From positions 434,001 through 498,000 of the forward strand of contig NW_003314315.1 in NCBI RefSeq assembly GCF_000143415.4: 64,000 nt of DNA, in the 5' to 3' direction. The translations under genes were made by a program, and so were the position numbers. Position 1 is the first letter of the stretch; each line of letters begins with the position of its first letter. Of this stretch, positions 11,341 to 20,703 are shown piece after piece. The notes under the pieces are model-generated. The model saw only the letters and a program-made list of their open reading frames with translations, was not told where the DNA came from and did no database searches. This DNA is from Selaginella moellendorffii (Eukaryota; Plantae; Lycopodiophyta).

Positions 11341-11916
11341 TCGCCCAAGTCGGGCAATCAGGCACTGTGCTGTTCGAAGAGCTCTCCAACTTACATTCAA
11401 GAGTTTGAGAGCCGGAGCAGCGCAGACGAGGTAACTCTTCCAGAGCTCGAGCGAGAGAGCTTGACATTGCTTGTTTGTGCTGATCTTGAGCTGCTATGAT
11501 CTCGTGCAGAAGCTTGGCTGTGGAGCCGTGAATAATCCTCCTTGAAGAAAGAAGAGAACTCTCAAACTCGTCAAGAAACTCTGAAACCCGTGATGGAGGC
11601 TCTATGAACAAATTGCTGGGTTAAAGAGCACAAACTCTAAGCCAGCGCCCTCTTTAGTTCCCAGCAAGCAGCTGGAATTATTCTCCAAGTCTCCAAGAAA
11701 AACTCATAAGGCGACTACAAAGCCAGGACCCGCCAACTTTTGGGTTGTGTGTGAAGCTTGAGTTGTTGCGTTGAGGCTGGTCTAGAGAGGACACAGTTTG
11801 GTGAAGAAGTGTCGATTAAAGAATTTCGGGCCACTTGAGCACTGAAAGTTTTGATGCGGGACATGGTGAGATGGTAGTTGGGAGGAGAGAGATGATTTTG
11901 CGACAATGATTTGATC

Positions 11917-12060
11917 AGGAGGGCCGACTGTGCTGCTGCTCCATGGCTTCCCCGAGACGTGGTATACATGGAGGTTCCAGCTCAAGGCGCTGGCGGACGC
12001 TGGATTCCACGCTGTTGCTCCAGACTTGCGAGGCTTTGGGCTCACCGGGTGTCCCAAGAA
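11917..12060 (+). pseudogene. Epoxide hydrolase fragment (duplicate)
   Basis: [36 protein letters not shown]. Confidence 0.8.
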
Positions 12061-12224
12061 TTCATCCGGAGAAATCTTATCACGACTAACTGCATTTTGG
12101 AGCTGGTTGGAGAAGCTTGAGCAGCAGCAGGGCGATGCCACATTCCGCTGGATTGGTGCTCTGGAAGCGGGCAAAACGAATCCATCAGTATGGAATTTTG
12201 ATGAAAAACTAAAAATTTTAATCG

Positions 12225-12341
12225 GTTTTCTGGCTGTGGATTTCGAACCTGTGACCTTGCCAATAAACTACTTTATTCTAGCCAGATATCCGGCCAACAG
12301 GAAACTAAACATTAATAGCTTCTTAACGTATCTGCTATTTT
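12225..12341 (-). other. Duplicate of the degenerate tRNA-derived element
   Basis: Same A-box-like and B-box arms as 3215-3322 with a different central spacer and a 1-nt insertion in the B-box. Confidence 0.5.
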
Positions 12342-12619
12342 GACATTAAGGGTTTTGAAATTCTCGTCTCAGATTCTACTGGTGATCGCGAGCTAAGGTT
12401 CAGAAGCGTCCACAAAGAAAGTGGTCTGGCATGGACTGGTGCAAGGAATAATCACAATCCAGCAGATTCAGTCTCTTTGGATTTGTTTTGGCAGATGTTG
12501 ATTGTGATTTTTGTTGCAGCAAACTCTGTTTGCACCAATGCCGATGTGTTCTACCAAAGATCGCGTTAAGACTGGATTTCAATTTCTTCCAGGAGCTGGT
12601 AAATAGCACGATGATGAGA

Positions 12620-13831
12620 ATGACGAGGCCATCCGCGCCACCACTGCACACTTTTGGTGAGTTCCACCAGCTTACGGGCCAGAAGTTCCATCGCCAGCTC
12701 GCCCGGAGGCTTGCGGATCACGGTCACATAGCAGAGGCCTTGTGCATGCTGGACGAGAGATGCAACGAGCCGACGCTCACGCAAACTCTTCTCCACCACC
12801 CGTACTACCCTCTCTAGATTCTCATTCGTTATCGTCACATTGCCACCCTTCACTCCCCACCCATCATCCTACAGGTAAGAAAGTCCTTCCTCTTTCTGGG
12901 ACTTTCAGAAAGTCCTCCCAAATAGCTTTTAGCTATTTGGGACTTCAGGTCCGAGTTCCCCCTTGAGATTGCATACTACATGTCAATCATTGGAAATGTG
13001 CAACGCTGTGAAGATGCTCTTCCGGCAAATGCTGGAGGAGCACCCGAGCAGGGCACTTGGTCACAATGTGTACGAGGGTTTGGTCTGCTATTACACTTCT
13101 GATGACTTCCACCTCGTCCATGCCGAAGCAAAGGCGAAGAACGCCGACATACCAGTGTACAAGATTACACTATTTGGGCACAGCATGACCATGTTTATGG
13201 CTACGAGGCAAAAGTTGACGCGGTGCTAGATCTGCACCCCATACCCGAGGAGGCATACCAGAAGCTCTTCGAATTAACCCCGGATCTGAAAGATGCCCTC
13301 TCGCTGTTGAAGCGCGCCAAGCTCGCGGGCGTGCGCCTCGACCCCAGCGAAAAGGTGGCGGCCAGCGTCGCCCAGGATTCGCTTGATGTCTATGCCATGG
13401 ATCTGCTCAAGGAATCGGGGCTTCTGAGCGACGCTGCCATAGCCGGATTGGCAAACGGGAAGAATCGCCAGGTCATACTCAAGGTGGTGCTCAGGAACAA
13501 AAGGTGGTGCGCTTTCCCACAGAGTATCGAGGCCATGCTACGTGAGGGCCCAAAGATGTGGGCGTGGCTCATGGTCACCCATGGTCAGCAAAAAGTCAAG
13601 TCAAGAGGTGGTCAAGCAGCTGCTGCGGCGGGGCCTCGTGGCCACTGCGCCGGAGCTCCTCAGTGGGAGGTGTGACGAGGGCACGTTTACCATGGTGCTG
13701 CTAGAGGCGGTAAAAATGCAGCAAAGGGAAACCATGGTAAAGAGGATTCGTAAGAAACAGGCCATGATGAAGAGCTTGGGTTACAAATGTAAGCTCAGGT
13801 GAAGAAAGGCAAGTTTGAGCTCCAAGCGTGA
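12620..13831 (+). pseudogene. Disabled copy of the 432-aa orphan gene
   Basis: 5' deletion, premature stop at 12815-12817, replaced segment ~12850-12935, several frameshifts. Confidence 0.9.
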
Positions 13832-14037
13832 TTTATCTCGTCACAGTTGCAAGTATGACCACATTAGAATTCAAAATCATTGTCTACATTGTTTAGATTA
13901 TTTAACATTTTTTATTAGCCTTTATATGTGAAATAGCCTACAATACAATGTGTTTTCTAGCTATGCTTTACAATAAAATATTAAAATGCCCTAGAATATT
14001 TGGATAACCATTGCCGTGATTGATTGGATGTTGTCAC

Positions 14038-14448
14038 TCAGTGGCACTGGTACATAGAGCAAAGGGTGGCAGTGTGCTGCTCGTGTGCCCTGAGATTATA
14101 CTTTTTGGGCACTATTTTAGTCAGCAGCCGAGGTTTCTTCGATATCCCATCCAAGAGCTTGTAATCCTCCTCCTCCTCCTCCAAGTTCTTCGTATCGCCC
14201 ACATCTGCTTCTCTTTTCTTCTTGGGAAGTTTCTCCACAAGAGGAAAACTTGACTTGCCCTGGATCTCCTCCCCTGTTGTTCTCCTTTCCTTGCCAGAAT
14301 CTCCTGGAAGCGACTCGTAGAGCAACTTGGACACCACATCCATGAGATCCATCAAATCCCTGGTGCGGATGGGTAGCCTCTCTGCCGATCGTCGCAGCTC
14401 GCTCAAGACTTGCTCCACTGGAACATACCCATCCTTGTGATTCGCCAT
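14038..14448 (-). CDS. Small orphan YNLR-family protein, copy D (136 aa)
   Basis: ATG at 14448, TATA at 14492-14485, intact ORF ending LCSMYQCH. Confidence 0.7.
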   Translation of the reverse strand: MANHKDGYVPVEQVLSELRRSAERLPIRTRDLMDLMDVVSKLLYESLPGDSGKERRTTGEEIQGKSSFPLVEKLPKKKREADVGDTKNLEEEEEDYKLLDGISKKPRLLTKIVPKKYNLRAHEQHTATLCSMYQCH

Positions 14449-14579
14449 ATGTATGCTTTGAGACCTTTGATAACCTCGCAATCCTTTTTATACTCCGGGG
14501 AAAAGGGTCGTACATCCTGGAATGTGCCGAAAAAGTTTCCTTTAGAAAAATAGGAAAACCTTTTAAGTTTAAGTACCTT

Positions 14580-17567
14580 TCAAGTGATATCCTGCGACTT
14601 GGAGTGCCTGGAATACCAAAACCCGAGCCTGCTTTTCATCTTTGCAACCTCTGGTGCCGCGTAGATGTTGGAGAGCATCACGTACGACGACGATGTCTCC
14701 GGGTTCCTCTTCATGGCCTCCTGCGACACCCGCTTCCCGCGCTCCAAATCCCCATGCATCTGGCACGAGTTGAGCAGTGACAGCCATGGAACTCCACCCG
14801 CCTGTGGAAACCTCTTGAGAAACTCCTCGGCCTCCTCCAGCCTTCCCAGCCGGCCCAGCATATCCGTCATGCAGCTGAAGTGCTCGTCCTCCCACTCGAT
14901 CCCCCTGTCCGTCTTGAGCGACACGAACTGCTTCCAGGCCTCGTCCAGCAGCCCCGCGTGTGCGCACGCAAACAGCACTCCGGTGTAAGTCACGCCGTTC
15001 GGCTCCACGCCGCCCAAGTTCATGAGCTCGTACAGCTCCAGCCCCTGCTTCCCCTCCCCGTTTTGAGCATACGCCACGATCATTGCGTTCCACGAGACCA
15101 GGTTGCTCAAGTCGGAGCCGTCGAAGATCTTCCGTGCTTCGTCCAGGCTCCCGCACTTGCCATACATGCTGACGAGTGCTGTGGAGACGAGCGCTCCGTT
15201 CTCCAGGCCGGCTCTCACTATCCTGTCGTGGACGGGCCTTCCTTCCGCTAGAGACTGCATGTCACCGCAAGCACCGACGATGGTAACGTAGGTGATCTCG
15301 TCGGGCTCAACTCCGTCCGGCTCCATTCTCTGGTAGAGTCTGATGGCTTCCTCGCTGTGCCCGTGCTGACCATACGCCGTTAAGAGCGTGTTCCATGTCA
15401 CCACCGTTCTCGTTGTCATCCTGTCAAACACCTCCCGTGCGTTCTCCAAGTCTCCACACTTGCCATACATGTTGACGAGCGCAGTGGAGACGTAGACATC
15501 GGAGTCGGAGCCACTGGAAACTATCCTCTCGTGAATCTGTTTTCCCGTTCTTACTGCATCGATCCGGCTGCAAGCTTCCAGCACACTGATGTATGTCACG
15601 TCGTCGGACTTCAATCCTTCGAGGTCCATCTTGTGGTAGAGCTGCAACGCTTGCCTCTCGTGTCCGTTCTGCGCGTACGCTGCGATCATCGTCGTGCACG
15701 AGCACACATCTCTCGTCTCCATCTCCTCGAACACTCTGCGTGCGTGGGCGACGTCGCCAAGCTTTCCGTAGACGTTGACGAGATTGTTCCTCAGAACACC
15801 GGACGAGTGGAGGATACCACTGGCAGATATCCTGGAACGAATGGACTCGGCCTCGGAGCGCACTCCCAAACTGCAACAGGCACCAAGAACATTGACGTAA
15901 GTTACTTCGTCCGCCTTGACCCCTGCAAGGTCCATCTGTCTAAAAAGTTTCAGAGCTTCCATACCTTGGCCCTGTTGAGCATAAGCCGAGATAAGTGTCG
16001 TCCACGTAACCTCTGTCTTTAGCTGCATTCGATCAAACACGCGCCTCGCTCGCTCCAAGCTCTTGCATTTCGTGTACATGTTGACGACGGCGCTGTCAAG
16101 AACAGCGTCACCGACGTAGCCTGTAGCGGTGATTCGTGCGTGCAAGGCCTGACCATCGGTCAGGCTCTCCAATTCCGAGCAAGCGTCCAAAAGGCTCAGA
16201 TACGTGACCCTGTTTTGCTTCACTCCTTCCAGCTCCATCCTTTTCTGAAGCCTCAGAACTTCATCCGGGTGACCATACTGCGCGTAAGCTCCCATGAGTG
16301 TGTTCCAAGTGATGATATTCCTGGAGCTAAGCCTGTCAAAGACTTGGCTGGCCTCGACCAGATTGCCAGATTTCCCGTACATGGTCACGATTGCGGTTCC
16401 CAAGACGGGCTGGTTCTCTACCCCGGAAGCAATCACGCATTCGTGGACCTGCTTTGCATAGCGGTCCTTACTGCAAGCTCCAGTTATGCCGACGAACGTC
16501 ACGTCGTTTGGCTTGGTACCATCTAAGAGCATTTCCTGAAAGAGCTGGATCGCATCCCTGGAGCGTTCTTCCCGTGAGTAAGCGGTGATCAGCGTGTTCC
16601 ACGAGGCCTCGCTCTTTAAACTCCTGTCGAAAACGTCCCTGGCTTCTTCCAGATAACCACACCTGCTGTACATGTTTACCAGCGCGTTGCCGACGATCAC
16701 ATCCGAGTCGAGGCCCTCGGCCGAGAGGCGGCGATGAATTCCCCTCCCTTCGGACAAATCTTCCAAGTTGGTGCACGCTCGGAGTGTGTTAATGAAGCTC
16801 ACAATGTCCGGCTTTACACCCTCGCAGTCCAGCCGATGGAAAAACTCGAGCGCTTCCCTGTTGTGACCTCTCTGAGCACAGGCTCCAATGATCGCAGTCC
16901 ACGCGAACAATCCTTTGCTCTCAAGCCTCTCGAAAATCTCCCTTGCCTCCTCCAGCCCCTCGCATTTGAGATACGTGCTCACCATCGTATTCCCCAGCTC
17001 CTGCTCTAAACCGCTATCTACGAGGCAAGCATGGGCCGACCTGGCTGTGTCGAGCGACGCGCACGACGAGATCAAACAGAGAAGTATCTGCCTGTCCGGT
17101 CTCAGGCCTTCCAGCAGCAATCTCCCAAACAAACCAGCCACTGCCCACTTGTGATCCCTCTCTTGAGCTGCCGCGGCGATCACCGTCCCGAAAGAGAAAG
17201 CATTCTTGTGTTCTATCTTCTCGAAAGCCTGCCTCGCATCCTCCCAGCTCCCACACTTGGCGTACATCTCCACCAGCAGATTCCCCAGGAACGTCTCCCC
17301 CTCAAACCCGTTCTTCCGGATCTGCTCGTGCACGCGCCGCCCTTCCTCGAGCGCCTGCCGATCCCTACACCGCCTGACTAAGCACGTATACCTGTACGAG
17401 CACGACGTCCCCTCCCGGAGCCTGAGGGCCTCCTCCACATCCCAGGCATTGCCGCCATCACCGGAATCCTCGTGTAGCCGCCGATGCAACACACTCCACA
17501 ATCCCTCCCGCCGCCGCTGCCGCCGATTCTCCCTGCGAATGGCGCTGCCGATCGCCCAAACCCTCAT
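14580..17567 (-). CDS. PLS-class PPR protein with E domain, no DYW (putative organellar RNA-editing factor)
   Basis: 995-aa intronless ORF with many P/L/S repeats and E-domain motifs HFSCMTDMLGRLG and YVMLSNIYA. Confidence 0.95.
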   Translation of the reverse strand: MRVWAIGSAIRRENRRQRRREGLWSVLHRRLHEDSGDGGNAWDVEEALRLREGTSCSYRYTCLVRRCRDRQALEEGRRVHEQIRKNGFEGETFLGNLLVEMYAKCGSWEDARQAFEKIEHKNAFSFGTVIAAAAQERDHKWAVAGLFGRLLLEGLRPDRQILLCLISSCASLDTARSAHACLVDSGLEQELGNTMVSTYLKCEGLEEAREIFERLESKGLFAWTAIIGACAQRGHNREALEFFHRLDCEGVKPDIVSFINTLRACTNLEDLSEGRGIHRRLSAEGLDSDVIVGNALVNMYSRCGYLEEARDVFDRSLKSEASWNTLITAYSREERSRDAIQLFQEMLLDGTKPNDVTFVGITGACSKDRYAKQVHECVIASGVENQPVLGTAIVTMYGKSGNLVEASQVFDRLSSRNIITWNTLMGAYAQYGHPDEVLRLQKRMELEGVKQNRVTYLSLLDACSELESLTDGQALHARITATGYVGDAVLDSAVVNMYTKCKSLERARRVFDRMQLKTEVTWTTLISAYAQQGQGMEALKLFRQMDLAGVKADEVTYVNVLGACCSLGVRSEAESIRSRISASGILHSSGVLRNNLVNVYGKLGDVAHARRVFEEMETRDVCSCTTMIAAYAQNGHERQALQLYHKMDLEGLKSDDVTYISVLEACSRIDAVRTGKQIHERIVSSGSDSDVYVSTALVNMYGKCGDLENAREVFDRMTTRTVVTWNTLLTAYGQHGHSEEAIRLYQRMEPDGVEPDEITYVTIVGACGDMQSLAEGRPVHDRIVRAGLENGALVSTALVSMYGKCGSLDEARKIFDGSDLSNLVSWNAMIVAYAQNGEGKQGLELYELMNLGGVEPNGVTYTGVLFACAHAGLLDEAWKQFVSLKTDRGIEWEDEHFSCMTDMLGRLGRLEEAEEFLKRFPQAGGVPWLSLLNSCQMHGDLERGKRVSQEAMKRNPETSSSYVMLSNIYAAPEVAKMKSRLGFWYSRHSKSQDIT

Positions 17568-17727
17568 AAACCCTAAATTTGAAAATGGCGCTAAAATCTA
17601 AAGCCCTAAAATCTAAAGAGATTGGAACCGGCGACCCATTGACACTTCCTATCTTTTCTTCTTCTTCCCGGGTAAATGTTACACTAGGAAAAAAGAGAGA
17701 GAAGCTCTCTCGTCTCTCTTTAGAGCG

Positions 17728-20243
17728 CTACTCGTCCTCCTCTGGAGCGCTAAAATCCGGTTCCGCCGGCTTGGACAACTTAACCGTCAGCTCCGCCGCC
17801 CTGGCCAGCCTCATCCTATGTACACCGCGAAGAGCATTCGCAGCAAATCGAGACGCCAGCAGCGCCGCCCCGATCGACGTCCCGGACGTTCTCGTCCCAG
17901 CGATGGCGTCGATGGCAGCCTCCTGGAGGCTCTGATCCACGGTTTCTCGCCGCTCGTGCTCCTTCCTCCGCTGGAAGCGCCTCCACGCCGCCTGGATGTA
18001 GAGCACGGCCCAAGTCCGCCACTGCTGGGAGTAGTATCTGAAAGTGTGCTGGAGCTGCTTGCTGTGGAGGCGGCGGAACTGGCCGGCCACGAACTTGAGA
18101 TCCTCGGCCTTGAGTGAGAAGGCCTCCACTTCCACCAGTGCTCGGACTGTCCGCGTCGAGGATGGGAGGTTCTTGCTTGGTTTGGGATGGAGAGCCCAAG
18201 TGAGTAGCTCCTCTCCACAAAAGGCACCGGGCCCGAGCTCTTGGACGTTGTAGAAGCCGGTTCGTCCACCGTTTGTTGTCACGCTCTCGAGGCGTCCCCG
18301 GATGATGAAGAGCATCTCGTTCACCGGGTCTCCCTCTCGGACGATGTAGTTGCCTTCGGTGTGGAGTGCCGGTTGCAAACGCTCGCAAATAGCTTCTAGT
18401 AGCCGCTCGTCCATTTTATCGAACATTGGAACCTGGAGAAAGAAACGTCAAACTCATGGTTTGCCAAACACTGATGGATCATTTTGCTTACTTGTCGAAC
18501 AAGGTCCAAACAAAGATGGCGCTTGATATCGCGTCGGAGATCCAGAGGTAATGTTTGCACGAGCAATTCCTCGTCAACTCCTCTGGTTGTGACCCACTTG
18601 TACTGGTCATAGCGTCGAACTCGATCACGAAGGACGGGAGGGAGTTGTCTGTGACGCATCCACTGCTCGGAATCTCGCCGCTTGAGTCTCATCTCTTCAA
18701 GTCTGACGGTTATTGACGCAAGGTAAGTCTGCAATAAGAAAACTTTGTCACTACAAAGTCAGATGTCAAGAGTGCACTTGCCTGCATATTGCCAATGAGA
18801 AACGCGAAGAAGATCAAGCCAAGTATACCAATCAGAATGGCAAACAGCGTCTCCTCCACGTAATTGCTTGTTGCAAGGCCTTGACCGAGCGAGCTGCAGT
18901 ACAGAAAAACACAGAAAAGTGAGTCTCGCAATACAATTCAAGACTTTGTAGCTTACCTCAAATTGCGAAGACCCCACCAGAGGCAATAAAAGTACTGGTT
19001 GACGAAGTCTAGTCCAGTAGAGATGATTCCATTGTCAAGAGCGTCCTTGTAAATCCCGTAGGAAAACGTAGAGTTTGTGGAACAGTTCGCTTGCACTGCA
19101 TTTAACCATTCCGTTCGCGCGGAGTTGTCTATATCAGCACCACAGTCGAAGAAGTCACTGTTGCAACTGTTGGAACAATTTCTCCTCCAGCACCGGTCTT
19201 GAGCTTGGGTCGACAGCAAATACCACCACGCTCCAAGCACCTATAAAGTCACACAGGTTGACAATTCCTTCCAGTTTAGACAATTAAAACAGTGAGTAAG
19301 ACAAAGCACTTACGTGACTAGCCAGAATATAAAGGAGGAGATTAAACGCGGCACCAGCCCAGGCTGTTTCCAGCAGGATCCCAGTCGTGCTTTGCTTCTG
19401 CGTTGTCAAAGGGATGATCCGGAGCAGCCTTGGAAAGTATTGGACGAGTACTATGTATCTCAGCGTGTTCATGGTCTTGTTCGCGGTAAGGTGAGAATTC
19501 CCCCAGATGAGAATCTGGAACCAAGCAACGATACATGTAAGCTCAGTGAAAACAAGAAAGAAAGAACCAACAAGAGCAAAATATACAGTACCTGTGGGAG
19601 AGGAAGGACGGACAAGATGTCCATGACAAAATCCTTGAACAAGTAACGTTTGGCGATTTGCCAGGAGTCGACGACGAGCTCGCCTCGGCCAAAAACTCGC
19701 GACGATGGAGCAATGAATGCCGTCCGGAACCGAAGAAGCATGTGAAAGAGGTAGGAGCAGTCGATGATCGTGCGAAGAACAGTGACGACAACTTTGAGGC
19801 TGTTCCGGAGCTGCGAGCAATTCCTCGTCTGGTTGATCACTGGGAGGTAGAAGAATAATGGGTCGATGAAGGCCGCGAGCAAGCACGAGAGTATGAAGAA
19901 GTTGTTCCATTGCTGGATGAATCGGCTTCTCGGATCAAAGATCCTGGTCTCGGAGAGCTCGTGATCCTCGGAGAAGACCCTGGCCCCAAAATTAAGAGAC
20001 CTCCCAAACCTCTGTAAGCTGCCCAGCCCCGAGAACCATCTGCTTCCGTGCTTGATGCCATGGACATCGCCACTGCCCGGCTTAATCGTCTCAAAAGCAA
20101 ATGTGTGAGGAACCTCGGCATCAAAGTCGAGGTAATCGCTCTCAAACCTGCGAGAAAAATCCACCGCCGCGACTAAGCACTCCGCTAGCCTAAAGAAGTG
20201 CGAGCATTCCATACCTCACGAATTTCTTGACCCGGCCCTCCAT
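17728..20243 (-). CDS. CNGC: Cyclic nucleotide-gated ion channel (GQGL pore type)
   Basis: MEGRVKKFVR start, IDPLFFY, YCLWWGLRNL-SSLGQGL pore, GAFCGEELL CNBD, IQAAWRR IQ motif; short GT-AG introns. Confidence 0.95.
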
Positions 20244-20404
20244 TTTCTGCGTCTTGACGCGCCCAAACTCCCGCATCGCCGTGGCGATTCAATCCCCGCC
20301 TCGCTCCACGCGCGCTTGCGACCAATCCTGCGAGCTCCCGCGCGCCCTAGCTAGCGCGCCACATTAGGGCTGAATTCGTCGCGCCCTCCATAGCTCGCCC
20401 GCCA

Positions 20405-20630
20405 GGCTATTAGCTTCGCCTTGGAACGGGTCTTTCCTGCAAATGCTAAAACCAGTCATGGGTTCGAATCCATTGTCCACAAAAGTTTAAACTAGTCAAA
20501 TAAAGTCAGCGCCCTTTGACCTTAACAGTCAACGAAGCATTTTTAACCAAAGGAAATTTTAGGGCGTGTGGGGGCGATCGAACGCGCGACTTGGGGCGTC
20601 CAAAGAGGGGCCTTTAGCAAGCGCGCTAGC
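20405..20630. promoter_or_regulatory. Two inward-facing tRNA-like A/B-box elements in the CNGC/BRF1 divergent promoter
   Basis: Plus: TAGCTTCGCCTTGG at 20411, perfect GGTTCGAATCC at 20461-20471. Minus: TAGCGCGCTTGCTAA at 20628-20614, AAGTCGCGCGTTCGATC near 20592-20576. Confidence 0.5.
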
Positions 20631-20703
20631 ATAATCCTAGTTGTGAGACAAGGAAATTTTGGGAGAGAGGAGCGAGGGTTTTCTTCTCCGCGAGAGACGC
20701 GCG

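Larger units (their letters stand above)
11585..15370 (+). repeat. Segmental tandem duplication, copy 2 (partner ~2385-6600)
   Basis: Collinear match to copy 1. Confidence 0.93.

Noticed and set aside
11340-11620. Novel N-terminal domain fused to the LOG-like gene
   Set aside because: The locus is disabled and sits at a duplication junction; a real fusion protein cannot be supported.
14580-14700. DYW deaminase domain on the PPR genes
   Set aside because: No HxE/CxxC or DYW terminus in any frame after the E domain of either PPR gene.
14569-15156. 195-aa alternate-frame ORF conserved in both duplicates
   Set aside because: Conservation is explained by recent duplication of the PPR exon.
20405-20480. 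Functional tRNA-Cys gene
   Set aside because: CTGCAAA loop and B-box are present, but acceptor, D and anticodon stems do not pair.
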